DNA from: a virus
Lineage: Duplodnaviria; Caudoviricetes
IMG/VR virus record: IMGVR_UViG_3300033121_000983
Span: 42,167-106,166 of that record
DNA length: 64,000 bases
Direction: 5' to 3' (one strand)
The translations under genes and the position numbers were made by a program. How positions within the stretch are numbered: position 1 is the first letter of the stretch; every line of letters starts with the position of its first letter. Shown piece by piece: positions 16,704-26,370 of the stretch. The notes beneath the pieces were generated by a model, which saw only the letters and a list, made by a program, of their open reading frames with translations, did no database searches and was not told where the DNA came from.

Positions 16704-18521
16704 TTACTCCAGGCTGATCACGCCTGTGCGGCGAATTAACAGCACGTCGCCGCTGTAACCATCGCTACCCACGCGCGTAAGCGTGAACAGCACGACATCG
16801 CCTGCCGCCACTTCAATAGGATCGGAGGTGACTTCGTAGTACGAATTAGCGCTTACCAGTGTTGCGCTCACGTCGAGCGGCAGCTCAGTGTCGTCTGTTG
16901 GTAGTGCTGTCGGCGTTTCCGGCCGCGCAAGCACGCGGTATGTAGCGGTTAGCAGGTCGTCAGGCACGGTGCCGGCAGCGCGTCCCAACAGCCACAGGCG
17001 CAGCCGCAACATCGCACCATCAGACAGCGCGGCCTTCGTGGGTACACGAATCATGCCGCGGATACTGGCGTTGGCCCGCACAGTTGAGAAGTTTAACCCA
17101 AGCACGTTCTGATAAGGCTCGTCTGTCACGCCAACAAGCCGCACGATTTCGACAGACAGTTCGGTGTCGTCGAGATCCGTCTCCACCGAGATCGTCAGCG
17201 GACCGACAGCGTAACTGTTACCGCTGATTGTGACCGACTCGGCACCGGCGACAGTGACGTTGGATGTACCTGCGCGCACGCCCGACACAACCGGCCCGCG
17301 CTGCAGGGTGTTGTTCTCAGCCGTCTTGACGACCTGGTAACCGGCGGCATCGGTATCTTCAACCGTCGACGCTTGATCGAAGCCGATTTCCAGGTGCCCG
17401 GTGGTTGCGTCGTCAATCGAATCCGCGCAGCGTACTGTCAACCCGCTGTCAGCTGCAGCGCGCAGACTCAGCACTGCCGTGCTGCCGCCGATAAACGACT
17501 GGCGGACAAAGTACAGTTTCATGCTCATCGGCACGTCGCGGGCGCACTCGCCGACCGGAGCGGATGACGAATCCACGACGCTGGTATCGAGATCGGTAGG
17601 CCACGGCACATCGCCGTAGCAATCGCTCATCCACCAGATGCCGTTCTTATCAACCACGCAAAGCTGATCGATACCGAGCGGTACCGTCACGCCCAGGCCA
17701 GCTGCGACGCTGTCTGACTTGACCATCTCGATGCAGACAGAAGTCAGCGGCACCGGAGGCCACAAGTGACGCAGTGACGACTGCGCCAGGTTGTAACCGA
17801 ACTTGGCGCCTACCGGCGCAAGATCGTTAAAGCTGGCATCATCGGCCGGCAGCCAGCCTTCGACGTCAGCGTCGGCGGCGGTAATCGTGTGTGCTTCGTC
17901 CACAGCCGGCGGTGACGTATCACCGGCGGGGCTGCAGGTCAGCCCGTAACTGTAGTGCCGGTGCTGCGCCAGATAGTCGGCAAACTGCGGGTTTACGAAC
18001 ACGCGGTAAACGCCCGACTCAGTCTCCTCGCACACCTGCAGCACGGGGACACCGACCGGCGGACGTTGTTCAACCAGCCGACCGGCCGTGCCGTTGGACA
18101 GATAGTACACCGCGCCGACCGTCGGGGTGCCAGAGATGACGTTCGACAGATCCAATTCGGCCGTGCCGCTCAGCAACAGATCGACGGTTCCAGCGGCGGA
18201 GCGCGCCGTCACAATGCCGCGCACATGCGATGTGTTCTTGGTCAGCAACTCACCCGTCGTGCTGTCGACAGTTGCGTCGCCGAGAGCCTGCTCGAACTGC
18301 AGCGTAGTCGCATTGAAGTACGCTGGTTGCCCAACCAGCAACGTCGACGCAGCGCGAACTTCACGGGCGTAGACACCGTTGCCCGACGACAGCGCATCGA
18401 TCTGCGCCTGCATCAGCGACAAGTTCGCGACGATAGCGGCGATCGGCGGATTCGTGTAGCTGGCGTTAACCGGCACACCGTCAACGATGCGCGGAACTGG
18501 TCGCCACAGTGGATTTGACAT
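16704..18521 (-). CDS. Putative tail fibre / baseplate-anchored protein (605 aa)
   Basis: IVDGVPVNASYTNPPI N-terminus and GAVYYLS..TAGRL motif; follows the wedge genes. Confidence 0.6.
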   Translation of the reverse strand: MSNPLWRPVPRIVDGVPVNASYTNPPIAAIVANLSLMQAQIDALSSGNGVYAREVRAASTLLVGQPAYFNATTLQFEQALGDATVDSTTGELLTKNTSHVRGIVTARSAAGTVDLLLSGTAELDLSNVISGTPTVGAVYYLSNGTAGRLVEQRPPVGVPVLQVCEETESGVYRVFVNPQFADYLAQHRHYSYGLTCSPAGDTSPPAVDEAHTITAADADVEGWLPADDASFNDLAPVGAKFGYNLAQSSLRHLWPPVPLTSVCIEMVKSDSVAAGLGVTVPLGIDQLCVVDKNGIWWMSDCYGDVPWPTDLDTSVVDSSSAPVGECARDVPMSMKLYFVRQSFIGGSTAVLSLRAAADSGLTVRCADSIDDATTGHLEIGFDQASTVEDTDAAGYQVVKTAENNTLQRGPVVSGVRAGTSNVTVAGAESVTISGNSYAVGPLTISVETDLDDTELSVEIVRLVGVTDEPYQNVLGLNFSTVRANASIRGMIRVPTKAALSDGAMLRLRLWLLGRAAGTVPDDLLTATYRVLARPETPTALPTDDTELPLDVSATLVSANSYYEVTSDPIEVAAGDVVLFTLTRVGSDGYSGDVLLIRRTGVISLE

Positions 18522-18535
18522 GTAACACTCCGCGG

Positions 18536-19126
18536 CTAGCTAGCGGTAAGCTGCCAGTCGTAACCGATTTCACTGCCGACCAGTTTAACAAGCTGGGAGT
18601 CCGCCGATGACCAATAGAAGCGCGCGAAGATGCGATCAAGCGTCGCGTCGCTTTCATCCGGCATAGCAATCAGCGCGCCGCCATACACGCGGGACTGCGC
18701 AGCGGCGGTAAAAGGGAGCCCATTCTGTCCGGCGACGCCCGACGTGCGCGCCGTCAGCAACAGCACATTGTCGTACGGCAACGTCTCGTCGCTGCGACTG
18801 TAGGCTTTCGCCAGAATCGGGACACGCAGGTAATCGCGCGTCGACGACAGCGCCAGATCTTCGTAGTACGCCGCGGCGTCGTCGTCGCGCGCGAATGTGG
18901 GCGGCGTTACTGCGCCGCCGCCGTCGTTTTCATATTCGATGTACATGCCCGCCAGTCGATACTTCGACTGTTCGTCGCCGGCAAGCAACGGCAGCAGTGC
19001 GCCGGCCCAGCTAACGAGGACATTGTTGGGCGTCCACATGGTGTCGCTGAGGCGTGTGCCGTCGGCACGGCAGTGAAAACCGCGCACATTGCCGCGCAAA
19101 TTCAGCGCGGATAGCTGACTGTGCAT
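18536..19126 (-). CDS. Putative baseplate wedge / tail-collar-like protein
   Basis: Position after the large wedge subunit; pNnv...G N-terminal and IFARF...KL...IGYDW C-terminal pattern typical of collar/wedge proteins. Confidence 0.5.
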   Translation of the reverse strand: MHSQLSALNLRGNVRGFHCRADGTRLSDTMWTPNNVLVSWAGALLPLLAGDEQSKYRLAGMYIEYENDGGGAVTPPTFARDDDAAAYYEDLALSSTRDYLRVPILAKAYSRSDETLPYDNVLLLTARTSGVAGQNGLPFTAAAQSRVYGGALIAMPDESDATLDRIFARFYWSSADSQLVKLVGSEIGYDWQLTAS

Positions 19127-19135
19127 GCTTTTGTC

Positions 19136-20638
19136 CTATAAACAGATGCCGTCAATGTACCGCGCGGTCAGTACATCCGGCAGCAACGTGACTGGGTCCA
19201 GCTCATCTTCTTGTGTATCGCCGTAGGAAATCGGCGTAATTGTATCAGTAATCGCGCTGGCGTCTAAGGTCGACGTCAGCGCAGTTGCCGTAAGTTCAAT
19301 CAGAACCGTTGCGTGCGGCGGCAGCAGTCGGCGCAACAGGCGCAGTTTTGACAGCGAAAGCGCTGCCGGGCCCAGGCGATCAACAGCGATCCGCACCAGT
19401 ACAGCGTTGTTGCGCAGCACATTCTCGGCGACAAACTGCGCCGGATTGATTGTCGCAGGCAGGTTTGAAGCCACTGGCTGGCCGGTTTGGTTAGTGCGCC
19501 GATCCAAAAGCATCGCCAACGTCTGCCCGGCATCCCGACCCCGCTGCTGCATGGTATCGAAGAGCCAATCCACGTCAGCAGGCCAGCCGCCGACCTCGAA
19601 GCGCAAGTCGGTGTAACCTGCGTCGTCAGTCGTCACGGTGACGGGCCGGTTGTCGTTGACGAAAAACAGACCGCCGAATGTGTCGTGGCTCAGCAGCGAG
19701 AGGTCGAGCGATAACCCCGTCAGATCGTAAGGCAGTTGTCCGTTGCCGAAAGAATCGATCTGCAGGGCGTCGGTCATCGTCTGGCCGGGTGTCAGCGTAT
19801 CATCGACCAGTACGGTCGCAACCGCGTCGCTACTGTGATGATAGACGTGCTGGTCGGTCGCAATCCACTGATACCCGTCGCTCGTGAACAGGCTTTCGAC
19901 GGTCTCCGCACTGAGCGCAATCGGCACGTCGCACAGGGCACTCAGGAACTGGCGCAATCGCAGTTCGGACGCCCCTTCAACTGCGCTATCGAAGATCGCG
20001 TTAACGGCATCGCGGTAGTTACTGCCGTTGGTGTCGCGAAATTGCGCCGCGTAGCCCCACTGCTTATACACGTTGTCTTCGTCGAACCGCGGCTGGTGCA
20101 ACCACAGCTCGATTTCGTAATCTGTTGCGGACTCGTTATCCGACGCGTACAACCCACGCAGCGGAATGGCCGCGACGTCGAACGGGTTTTGCGCGAATTC
20201 GATGTAGTTCTCGTCGAGGTTGAGGGTGTAGTCGATGCCCTCTGTCCAGATCAGACTCGGATTGGCCGGCGCCGTCGCGATAAACGGCACGCTCACCAGC
20301 CCTGTTGGTAGCGAAAAACGGAAACCGTTAACCGCTCGGGTAGCTCCGTAGGAGATTCCGCTACCGTACGTGATGTCAGCGTCACCGAAGCGGTAGGCAA
20401 CCAGCGAACCGTCGTTGAGTTTGGTTTGACGTAAAACCAAACTCTGCCAACGCGACGTACGGTAAATCGGCGTCGTGCGTCGATTGACGGCGGCAATTGC
20501 GTCCGTGAGCGCTGTGTCGACTTCGGCTTCGACCGCTGACAACCCGGCCAGGTAGGCTGCGAGTTGGCCTTCGTCCGAAAACACCGTGCGCCACACACTC
20601 CCCAGAAGCGGCAGAAGTGTTTGCGGAGTGACAGCCAT
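19136..20638 (-). CDS. Putative baseplate wedge subunit
   Basis: Ends with LRRLLPPHA, similar to the xxPAH motif of P2 gpI/gp7-type wedge proteins; downstream of baseplate J. Confidence 0.55.
   Translation of the reverse strand: MAVTPQTLLPLLGSVWRTVFSDEGQLAAYLAGLSAVEAEVDTALTDAIAAVNRRTTPIYRTSRWQSLVLRQTKLNDGSLVAYRFGDADITYGSGISYGATRAVNGFRFSLPTGLVSVPFIATAPANPSLIWTEGIDYTLNLDENYIEFAQNPFDVAAIPLRGLYASDNESATDYEIELWLHQPRFDEDNVYKQWGYAAQFRDTNGSNYRDAVNAIFDSAVEGASELRLRQFLSALCDVPIALSAETVESLFTSDGYQWIATDQHVYHHSSDAVATVLVDDTLTPGQTMTDALQIDSFGNGQLPYDLTGLSLDLSLLSHDTFGGLFFVNDNRPVTVTTDDAGYTDLRFEVGGWPADVDWLFDTMQQRGRDAGQTLAMLLDRRTNQTGQPVASNLPATINPAQFVAENVLRNNAVLVRIAVDRLGPAALSLSKLRLLRRLLPPHATVLIELTATALTSTLDASAITDTITPISYGDTQEDELDPVTLLPDVLTARYIDGICL
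20417..20444. promoter_or_regulatory. 28-bp near-perfect palindrome GAGTTTGGTTTGAC|GTAAAACCAAACTC inside a CDS
   Basis: One mismatch between arms; core TTTGACGTAAAA at 20425-20436. Confidence 0.6.
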
Positions 20639-20641
20639 GCT

Positions 20642-21628
20642 CTACTCAGTTGTGTGGGTGTGTAGCCAACCGTGGATGTTGTTGAGCAGCTCCGGTCGCG
20701 CCGCGTAGGGCTTTAGTGCCGCGGGATCAACGCCGTGATCACGAATCAGGTGCTCGAGTGACGTATTGCGCAGCTGCCCACGTCCGTCTGACTCATACCA
20801 CGCTGTCGTAAACTGCGCGGCACGGTGCAAATCGACGCCGCCAGTACTGGCGCGGCGTTCGTCGGTACCAGCGCTTTTCTGCCACTTAGCCAGAAACGTC
20901 GCGAGATTAGCCCAGCCAACTTCGACATGCGTCGCACCTGTCGAAGTTTTCCAAGAGAAACACGGGAATTGTGTGGTTGGCGCGGGCTTATCCTTCGGAT
21001 CCCAGATCACATCAAACGGCAGGTTAGCCGCCGCTTTAAGCGCAGCTTTAGCCGCTGCGCACGGACCGCAGTTGGCGGTCGACCAGGCGTACACAACGGG
21101 CCGCGCCGGCAGCTCGGCAATCACGGCAGGGGGATCTGTGCCTGCCGCCGGCGCAGCCCACGCGAGCGTAAACTCGCGCGTCTGGCGTACGGGGCCGAGG
21201 GCCGCGGTCGCAGTGCCACGATTGTCTGCGTTCAATTCCAGCCGCTCCAGTTTGGGAGAGACGCTGAAACCAAATACACGCGCACTGATCGTAGGCCGAG
21301 GCTCGGCAAAGGTAAATACGCCGTGATCTGGCGTTAACGTGTAATTTACGCTGGCGCCAGCCGGTACGACGATTGTCAGACCGGACTGGGCGACCTTCAG
21401 CGGTTTAGCGAGCGTTACAGTGTTGGTGTCACCAAGCCACTGATGAAGCGCCGCCACTGCTGATCCTGGGGCCTCGACACGGAGCGTTTGCAGCTCTGTG
21501 CCCTTTGCGCCTGACGGCGTGGAGAAATACGACGAGCGCTCGGGTGTCATCGGTGCAGCTGCGCCGGTTTGACAACCAAGCGTAGACACCGAAGATAACG
21601 CCGCCAGAATCAGCAGTGACGTACGCAT
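20642..21628 (-). CDS. Predicted lipoprotein with a thioredoxin/glutaredoxin-like CGPC domain
   Basis: MRTSLLILAALSSVSTLG-C lipobox-like signal; VYAWSTANCGPC ... QFPCF (cis-Pro loop); His-rich C-terminus. Confidence 0.65.
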   Translation of the reverse strand: MRTSLLILAALSSVSTLGCQTGAAAPMTPERSSYFSTPSGAKGTELQTLRVEAPGSAVAALHQWLGDTNTVTLAKPLKVAQSGLTIVVPAGASVNYTLTPDHGVFTFAEPRPTISARVFGFSVSPKLERLELNADNRGTATAALGPVRQTREFTLAWAAPAAGTDPPAVIAELPARPVVYAWSTANCGPCAAAKAALKAAANLPFDVIWDPKDKPAPTTQFPCFSWKTSTGATHVEVGWANLATFLAKWQKSAGTDERRASTGGVDLHRAAQFTTAWYESDGRGQLRNTSLEHLIRDHGVDPAALKPYAARPELLNNIHGWLHTHTTE

Positions 21629-21636
21629 GGGAATAC

Positions 21637-22512
21637 CTACAGTTTGAACACAGGCGGGATGAAGTTGGCGGAGTCGATCCAGTCCCAGCCTCGCGGCTTG
21701 ACCGGTTCCGCCAAGTTCATGTCACTAGCTAGAAGTAACCCGTAGCGCGTGGTACGGCAGATCTTGTCGATAACTGCCGGCGCCACAAAAATGCGCGTGT
21801 CCGCACCCCAGCCAGGATGGCTGTTGTACATCGCGTAGTGGCGTTCGCCACCGCGCGTGCGCCAGCCGAAGAAGCCGAGCGCGTGTCCGCCTAGAAAATT
21901 GCCTCCAGGCATATAAGTCAGATATTCAACGCCGCGCAGACCAGACCAACCAGTCGTCCAGTCGATGCCGAATCCGCACGTGACGTTGCCGGTCACCATG
22001 GCGCGATCGAAATCTTCGAACGAACGGATACCCGGTACCAGCGTGCGGATATGCGTTTTCGCCGCACGTGTCAGCAGCTCAGCCGGGATCACGTTGCTGT
22101 AATTCTCGCCCTGCACGTAGTAGGGGAAGTCCGTTTCGAGGCACTCCCCGTAGTTCAACGCGGCCCGCATAGAACCACCGATACTCGCGCCAGCCGGACG
22201 ACGGTCATTACCGTCCTGACGCATATCGGTGATCGCTGCGAACTTGCGCGAGTAATGCCGTAGCTCGCCCTTTGTGGCCATCCACGTCAGGATTTCGCTG
22301 CACATTGTGCGCATATGCGCGTGGCAGAACGGCCACGCACCTTGCATATCCTGCCGGTACCCGGGGATCTCCAAGGTGTCGGGGATACTGGCAGGCGCTT
22401 CGCACACCAGCGCTGGTACCGAGAACTCGGCCAGCGCGGCTGTGTGCAGGTCTTCTTTATCCGGGTCCCATCCAAGTGGGTTACCGAACTGATCGAGGAT
22501 GATGTCACTCAC
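21637..22512 (-). CDS. Papain-like (C1 family) cysteine peptidase
   Basis: QGAWPFC (oxyanion Gln, catalytic Cys), GGHAL (His), YNSHPGWG (Asn). Confidence 0.75.
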   Translation of the reverse strand: MSDIILDQFGNPLGWDPDKEDLHTAALAEFSVPALVCEAPASIPDTLEIPGYRQDMQGAWPFCHAHMRTMCSEILTWMATKGELRHYSRKFAAITDMRQDGNDRRPAGASIGGSMRAALNYGECLETDFPYYVQGENYSNVIPAELLTRAAKTHIRTLVPGIRSFEDFDRAMVTGNVTCGFGIDWTTGWSGLRGVEYLTYMPGGNFLGGHALGFFGWRTRGGERHYAMYNSHPGWGADTRIFVAPAVIDKICRTTRYGLLLASDMNLAEPVKPRGWDWIDSANFIPPVFKL

Positions 22513-22883
22513 GGGCGGAATCCCTTAGCGATCTCGTCCCACACATCCGCTTGCGCGGACGCGGTTGTAGCAGCGGATAGTGCAGCTTTAACGCTTTTAC
22601 CGACGGTCTCGTTCATATCGCCGGTAATCGCCGCGCTGCCTTTGTTCCAGGCCTCACCCTGCTGTTCGGCAGTCAGGTTGTTCGTACGAATCTCGGCGGC
22701 AATTGTTGCTGCCAATTTCGACAACTCGACCTGAGCGTTCGTATTGGTTTCCGTAATCGTACGCGACAGCGTTGCCGGCGCGGGTGTTGGCGCGGGGTTC
22801 GGTGTCGGCCTGTTGTCACCTGGTACCAGGCAACCCGGCAGCAACAAGCATAGCGTCAGTGAGACAATGTAGCGGCGCATCAT
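22509..22883 (-). CDS. Predicted lipoprotein with Pro-rich linker and helical domain
   Basis: MRRYIVSLTLCLLLPG-C; PTPNPAPTPAP linker; stop/start overlaps with both neighbours. Confidence 0.65.
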   Translation of the reverse strand: MMRRYIVSLTLCLLLPGCLVPGDNRPTPNPAPTPAPATLSRTITETNTNAQVELSKLAATIAAEIRTNNLTAEQQGEAWNKGSAAITGDMNETVGKSVKAALSAATTASAQADVWDEIAKGFRP

Positions 22884-23479
22884 CGTGGCTTAACTCCGTC
22901 GTACACACTGGGCATGACCGTTGCTGCCATGTCCTGGCGCAGTCGTGCTTCCAGCTCGCGCATAATATCCGACACAGGGCGCGGATCTGCAGGGCTCGCA
23001 GACTTAAGAGAGTTGCCGTCTGTCAGCTGTGACGACAGGCGCTGCACCAGCGACATCGCCACTGGGTCACTCAAGCTGTGAGAGGCCAGCGTGGTCAGCG
23101 CGGCGCGCTGTTGTTCGCCGCTATCCTTACTGCCCTGCATAGCGCTACGCGCAGCAAGACCCAGGAACGTAGCTGCCGCGCCGGCTAACACCAGTTGGTT
23201 GCTGGTGTTGTTGGGCGCGGCGATGCCGTAATACATCAGCGTGGCCACGTAGGTGGTCACAGCGGCGGCGACGTTGCCGCTAAGGCGCCAGGCAATGTCT
23301 GGCACCGCGGCGAGATTGAGCCGCAGCGTAGCTGGCGGCGTAAACGGATTGAGCGGGTTGCCAGGCACAGTCGGATCCTTGTGTTGGACAGCGCATACCG
23401 GCGGAGTCTGGTACGCAGTCGATGGTTTCTTTGCCCGTCGGCGACGACGTCGCCTCTTGGGCGCACCTGTTGCGGTCAT
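22880..23479 (-). CDS. Holin-like membrane protein (2 hydrophobic segments)
   Basis: VAAAVTTYVATLMYYGIAA and LVLAGAAATFLGLAA; KRRRRRRRAKK N-terminus; next to the endolysin candidate. Confidence 0.45.
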   Translation of the reverse strand: MTATGAPKRRRRRRRAKKPSTAYQTPPVCAVQHKDPTVPGNPLNPFTPPATLRLNLAAVPDIAWRLSGNVAAAVTTYVATLMYYGIAAPNNTSNQLVLAGAAATFLGLAARSAMQGSKDSGEQQRAALTTLASHSLSDPVAMSLVQRLSSQLTDGNSLKSASPADPRPVSDIMRELEARLRQDMAATVMPSVYDGVKPR

Positions 23480-23832
23480 TACTTGGCGATTTGGTCCAAC
23501 ACAAAGTCCGCCAAGTAGCGCAGCAGGAAGCCGAGCAACTCACGGCTCACGCCGATCGCCAGACCTTGCGGCTGCGTCTCGTCGGCAGCTGCAGTGGCTG
23601 ACAGCCGCTCCAGTCGCTCGATCGCATCTTCCTTGCTGAGTGTGACGGGTTCCATCTCGGCGGCTCGCATGGCCAGCGGTGCACCTGGCTCACCGATGGT
23701 GCAGTTGAGGCCGTAGCCAGTGATCTCCCACAAGGCCTTAGCGACCTGCGGGGTGCTGACCGTCTGGCCGCGCAGCGCTGAAAGCACGAGCGGCACGTGT
23801 TCGAGAGGCAACGAGGCGGGATACGGAACCAT
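23479..23832 (-). CDS. Hypothetical protein with amphipathic C-terminal helix
   Basis: Translationally coupled within the cassette. Confidence 0.7.
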   Translation of the reverse strand: MVPYPASLPLEHVPLVLSALRGQTVSTPQVAKALWEITGYGLNCTIGEPGAPLAMRAAEMEPVTLSKEDAIERLERLSATAAADETQPQGLAIGVSRELLGFLLRYLADFVLDQIAK

Positions 23833-23835
23833 CGG

Positions 23836-24636
23836 CTAGTCCTTTGCGAATGTCAGCGTGGTGACGAGCTTGTCGTCCTCGTCACGAATCTCCAAGACAG
23901 CCGGCCGTGCCACGCGCACGACCTGTGTAGCCGCCTGGGTCATCGCCGCTTTTGGCGCGCCGTAGCGCTTGACCGCCTCTAGCGTATCGCCTTTTTGCGG
24001 CATAGTCACGTCTGCGTTGTAGTACGGAGCCATCAATTGCCCAGGTTTTCCGTGCGGCAGCCCGATGGCGTGGCCGATCTCGTGGCACATCACCGCCAGC
24101 GCCATGTGCTGCGACCATCGCTCAGCCTGATCGTACATCTGGGCAAGTTGCACGGTCGGGGTAGCGTTGCAGGGCATGTAGGACCACGCCAGCGTACCAC
24201 CCGCCCCGTCGAGGAACAGCTTACGCCCTGCCCCGGACTTGGCAGCGATGTTTGCACCACGGCTCGTCGCCAGTTTGCGGAACCGGATTCCGCAGACAGC
24301 TTCCCACTGGCGGCACGCCTGATCGAACGTCGCCGCGGCGACCGCGGGTGTAATGCCGGGTAACTGCAGCCGCACGTGGTAGGAGACCGCAGTCATCTTT
24401 TCCAACGGCCAGCGACAGCCGGTATCGTCGGTGACGAAATCCGGCAGACTGCAGCGCAGCGGTGCGACCAACAGCCGCTCTGTTGCGGTATCGAGCTTGC
24501 CGGTGGGTTCGAGTCCATTAAAGCGCTGGAAACGCTTCAGACTCGTCGCAACTGTCTTGGCGGTGCCCTTAAGCATTGCCGCCTCAGTGAGATAGCCCAG
24601 GGCATGCAGCCGCTGCTTCAGTTCGTCGATCGACAT
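23836..24636 (-). CDS. Peptidoglycan-binding domain + M10/matrixin zinc metallopeptidase (endolysin candidate)
   Basis: LKQRLHALGYL...LKRFQRFNGLEPTGKLDTAT (PG_binding_1), LRCSLPD (cysteine-switch-like), HEIGHAIGLPH and LMAPYY (metzincin motif and Met-turn). Confidence 0.8.
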   Translation of the reverse strand: MSIDELKQRLHALGYLTEAAMLKGTAKTVATSLKRFQRFNGLEPTGKLDTATERLLVAPLRCSLPDFVTDDTGCRWPLEKMTAVSYHVRLQLPGITPAVAAATFDQACRQWEAVCGIRFRKLATSRGANIAAKSGAGRKLFLDGAGGTLAWSYMPCNATPTVQLAQMYDQAERWSQHMALAVMCHEIGHAIGLPHGKPGQLMAPYYNADVTMPQKGDTLEAVKRYGAPKAAMTQAATQVVRVARPAVLEIRDEDDKLVTTLTFAKD

Positions 24637-24653
24637 CGGTGGTTCCTGATTGC

Positions 24654-24677
24654 TTTAACGTCAATTGAAACGTCAAA
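24654..24677. promoter_or_regulatory. Tandem degenerate copies of the palindromic site (TTTAACGTCAAT and TGAAACGTCAAA)
   Basis: Intergenic AT-rich island upstream of the endolysin candidate. Confidence 0.5.
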
Positions 24678-24697
24678 CACCAGTGTACCGCCGTGCT

Positions 24698-26362
24698 TTA
24701 TGTTTCTGGAACCTCAACAGTCGCGACAGTGATACTGACGTCCCGCGAGTCCAGGAAAAAGGCTACCGTCTTGCCGGTTGTCATACTGCCGGGGTCGTTA
24801 GGCACCACCAGCATGTCGCGCGATGACGAAGTCACCACCGTACCGTCCGGCTGCCGCAGCGTACCCACCAACAGCATTGCTGCGATCGCGGAATTGCGCG
24901 GCAGGTACGACTGTACAAGCTCTGCAAGGATAGACGCGGGCAGTCGACCTGTGAAACTGAATTGTCCATTTACCAGATCCGCCAGCGCTGTCGCCACGGT
25001 CTCGGTGTCGACCTCGGCTTCGGCGTTTTCCGGCAACTCCAGGCTGATACCGAGCTGCACGAAACACGGCACGGGTGCGCGCACCAGCACGTCAGCGGCC
25101 GCGTGCACGCGGCTGAGTTGCGTTACGTAGTCACTGATGTCCGCGATCAGTGGCATCGACCGCAACACGCAGTCGTAGTCGCGCGTTGTACCGATGTCGT
25201 CGGCGGTCACAGGTGTGTCAACATCGGCAAACTGCAGCACGATAGTCTGGAACCGACTATACGCAGCCTCAGCAGCGTCTGTGATATCTGGCAACCGAGC
25301 CCCGTCAATTGCCGACAGATCAATGCCGCGCGTGTCGCTGACGACAGCGTAAGTGCCTTCGGTTGTGGCCTCGGTGCCTTCCTGCACGATGCGCGGCACG
25401 TCGTACACACCTGCGGCTTCGTCGCGCGTAAACGTTAGCTGCCAAATCCCGTTGCCGGCAGAGTTACGGCTCACCAGTGTCGCCGTTTTGGTGCTGGACG
25501 TCAGACGCGCGTTGCTCTGTGTGCGAATGTACCAATCTACGCGACCGCCGGTTGCGCCAGGCCAAAGGGCATGCCGGTCGCGCAGCATCTCAGCGTCACC
25601 GAACCCGATGATGGATGACGCTACACACCCCGCGAAATCGGGCTGCGCCAGCAACAGCGCACGCATGGACGGGCGATCGGACAGTGTCTGCGAGGCGACG
25701 CCGGTGAGCAGGCGCTCGATTAACGATGCATTCGACTCGCCGTCCGTTCCGCCTGTAAAGTCGGCAGACGCGAATGACTTCACATAATTCAACGGCGGTG
25801 ACGCCAGCGTCAACAGCGTGTCTTTAGCCAGCAACCCCGCGGCTCCGGGCTCTTCATCGGTCACGTCGATCGTGAACGCGTAGTTGCCGTCTGGCAGCGG
25901 CGTCAGCACTTTATCAGAGTCGGATTGCCGTAATGACGACGCTGTGCGCGCGACAAATGCGCGAGTAGGCACGAATGTTCGGCCGTTTGCCGAAAACACC
26001 GCGCCTGCGGGAATCACAACTGTCTGCAGCGCAGACACAACGATCGTCAGCGGACCACTGGCGTTTGCACCGGCGCGCCGCGTTAGGCGGAAATTTGCCG
26101 CAACGTTATCGACGATGTCATCGTCAGCCAGCGTAGGATCTGCTGCGATGTAGGCGAGTGATTGCGACCGCTGGAGTCGCGTAAATTCCTCGGCGCGTTT
26201 CGCCGCCAGCACGCCCGCCAGGCGCGTCAGTACGCTGCCCAACGCGCCGCGGCGTGCATCGACTTCCGGCGCGTACGCCTCCAGCGTGGCACCGAGCTGC
26301 GCGGATAGGCTCTGCACAGTCGCCAGGTCCAGCGACAGCAGGTCATCGATCTGAATGGGCAT
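24698..26362 (-). CDS. Baseplate J-like (gp6-type) wedge protein
   Basis: LTRRAGANASG, VIPAGAVF, FTGGTDGESNASLIER, GGRVDWYI; follows a gp25-like gene. Confidence 0.8.
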   Translation of the reverse strand: MPIQIDDLLSLDLATVQSLSAQLGATLEAYAPEVDARRGALGSVLTRLAGVLAAKRAEEFTRLQRSQSLAYIAADPTLADDDIVDNVAANFRLTRRAGANASGPLTIVVSALQTVVIPAGAVFSANGRTFVPTRAFVARTASSLRQSDSDKVLTPLPDGNYAFTIDVTDEEPGAAGLLAKDTLLTLASPPLNYVKSFASADFTGGTDGESNASLIERLLTGVASQTLSDRPSMRALLLAQPDFAGCVASSIIGFGDAEMLRDRHALWPGATGGRVDWYIRTQSNARLTSSTKTATLVSRNSAGNGIWQLTFTRDEAAGVYDVPRIVQEGTEATTEGTYAVVSDTRGIDLSAIDGARLPDITDAAEAAYSRFQTIVLQFADVDTPVTADDIGTTRDYDCVLRSMPLIADISDYVTQLSRVHAAADVLVRAPVPCFVQLGISLELPENAEAEVDTETVATALADLVNGQFSFTGRLPASILAELVQSYLPRNSAIAAMLLVGTLRQPDGTVVTSSSRDMLVVPNDPGSMTTGKTVAFFLDSRDVSITVATVEVPET

Positions 26363-26370
26363 GGAACATC

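Noticed and set aside
5680-18521. Diversity-generating retroelement or invertible tail-fibre cassette
   Set aside because: No reverse transcriptase, recombinase or near-identical TR/VR pair seen in this window.
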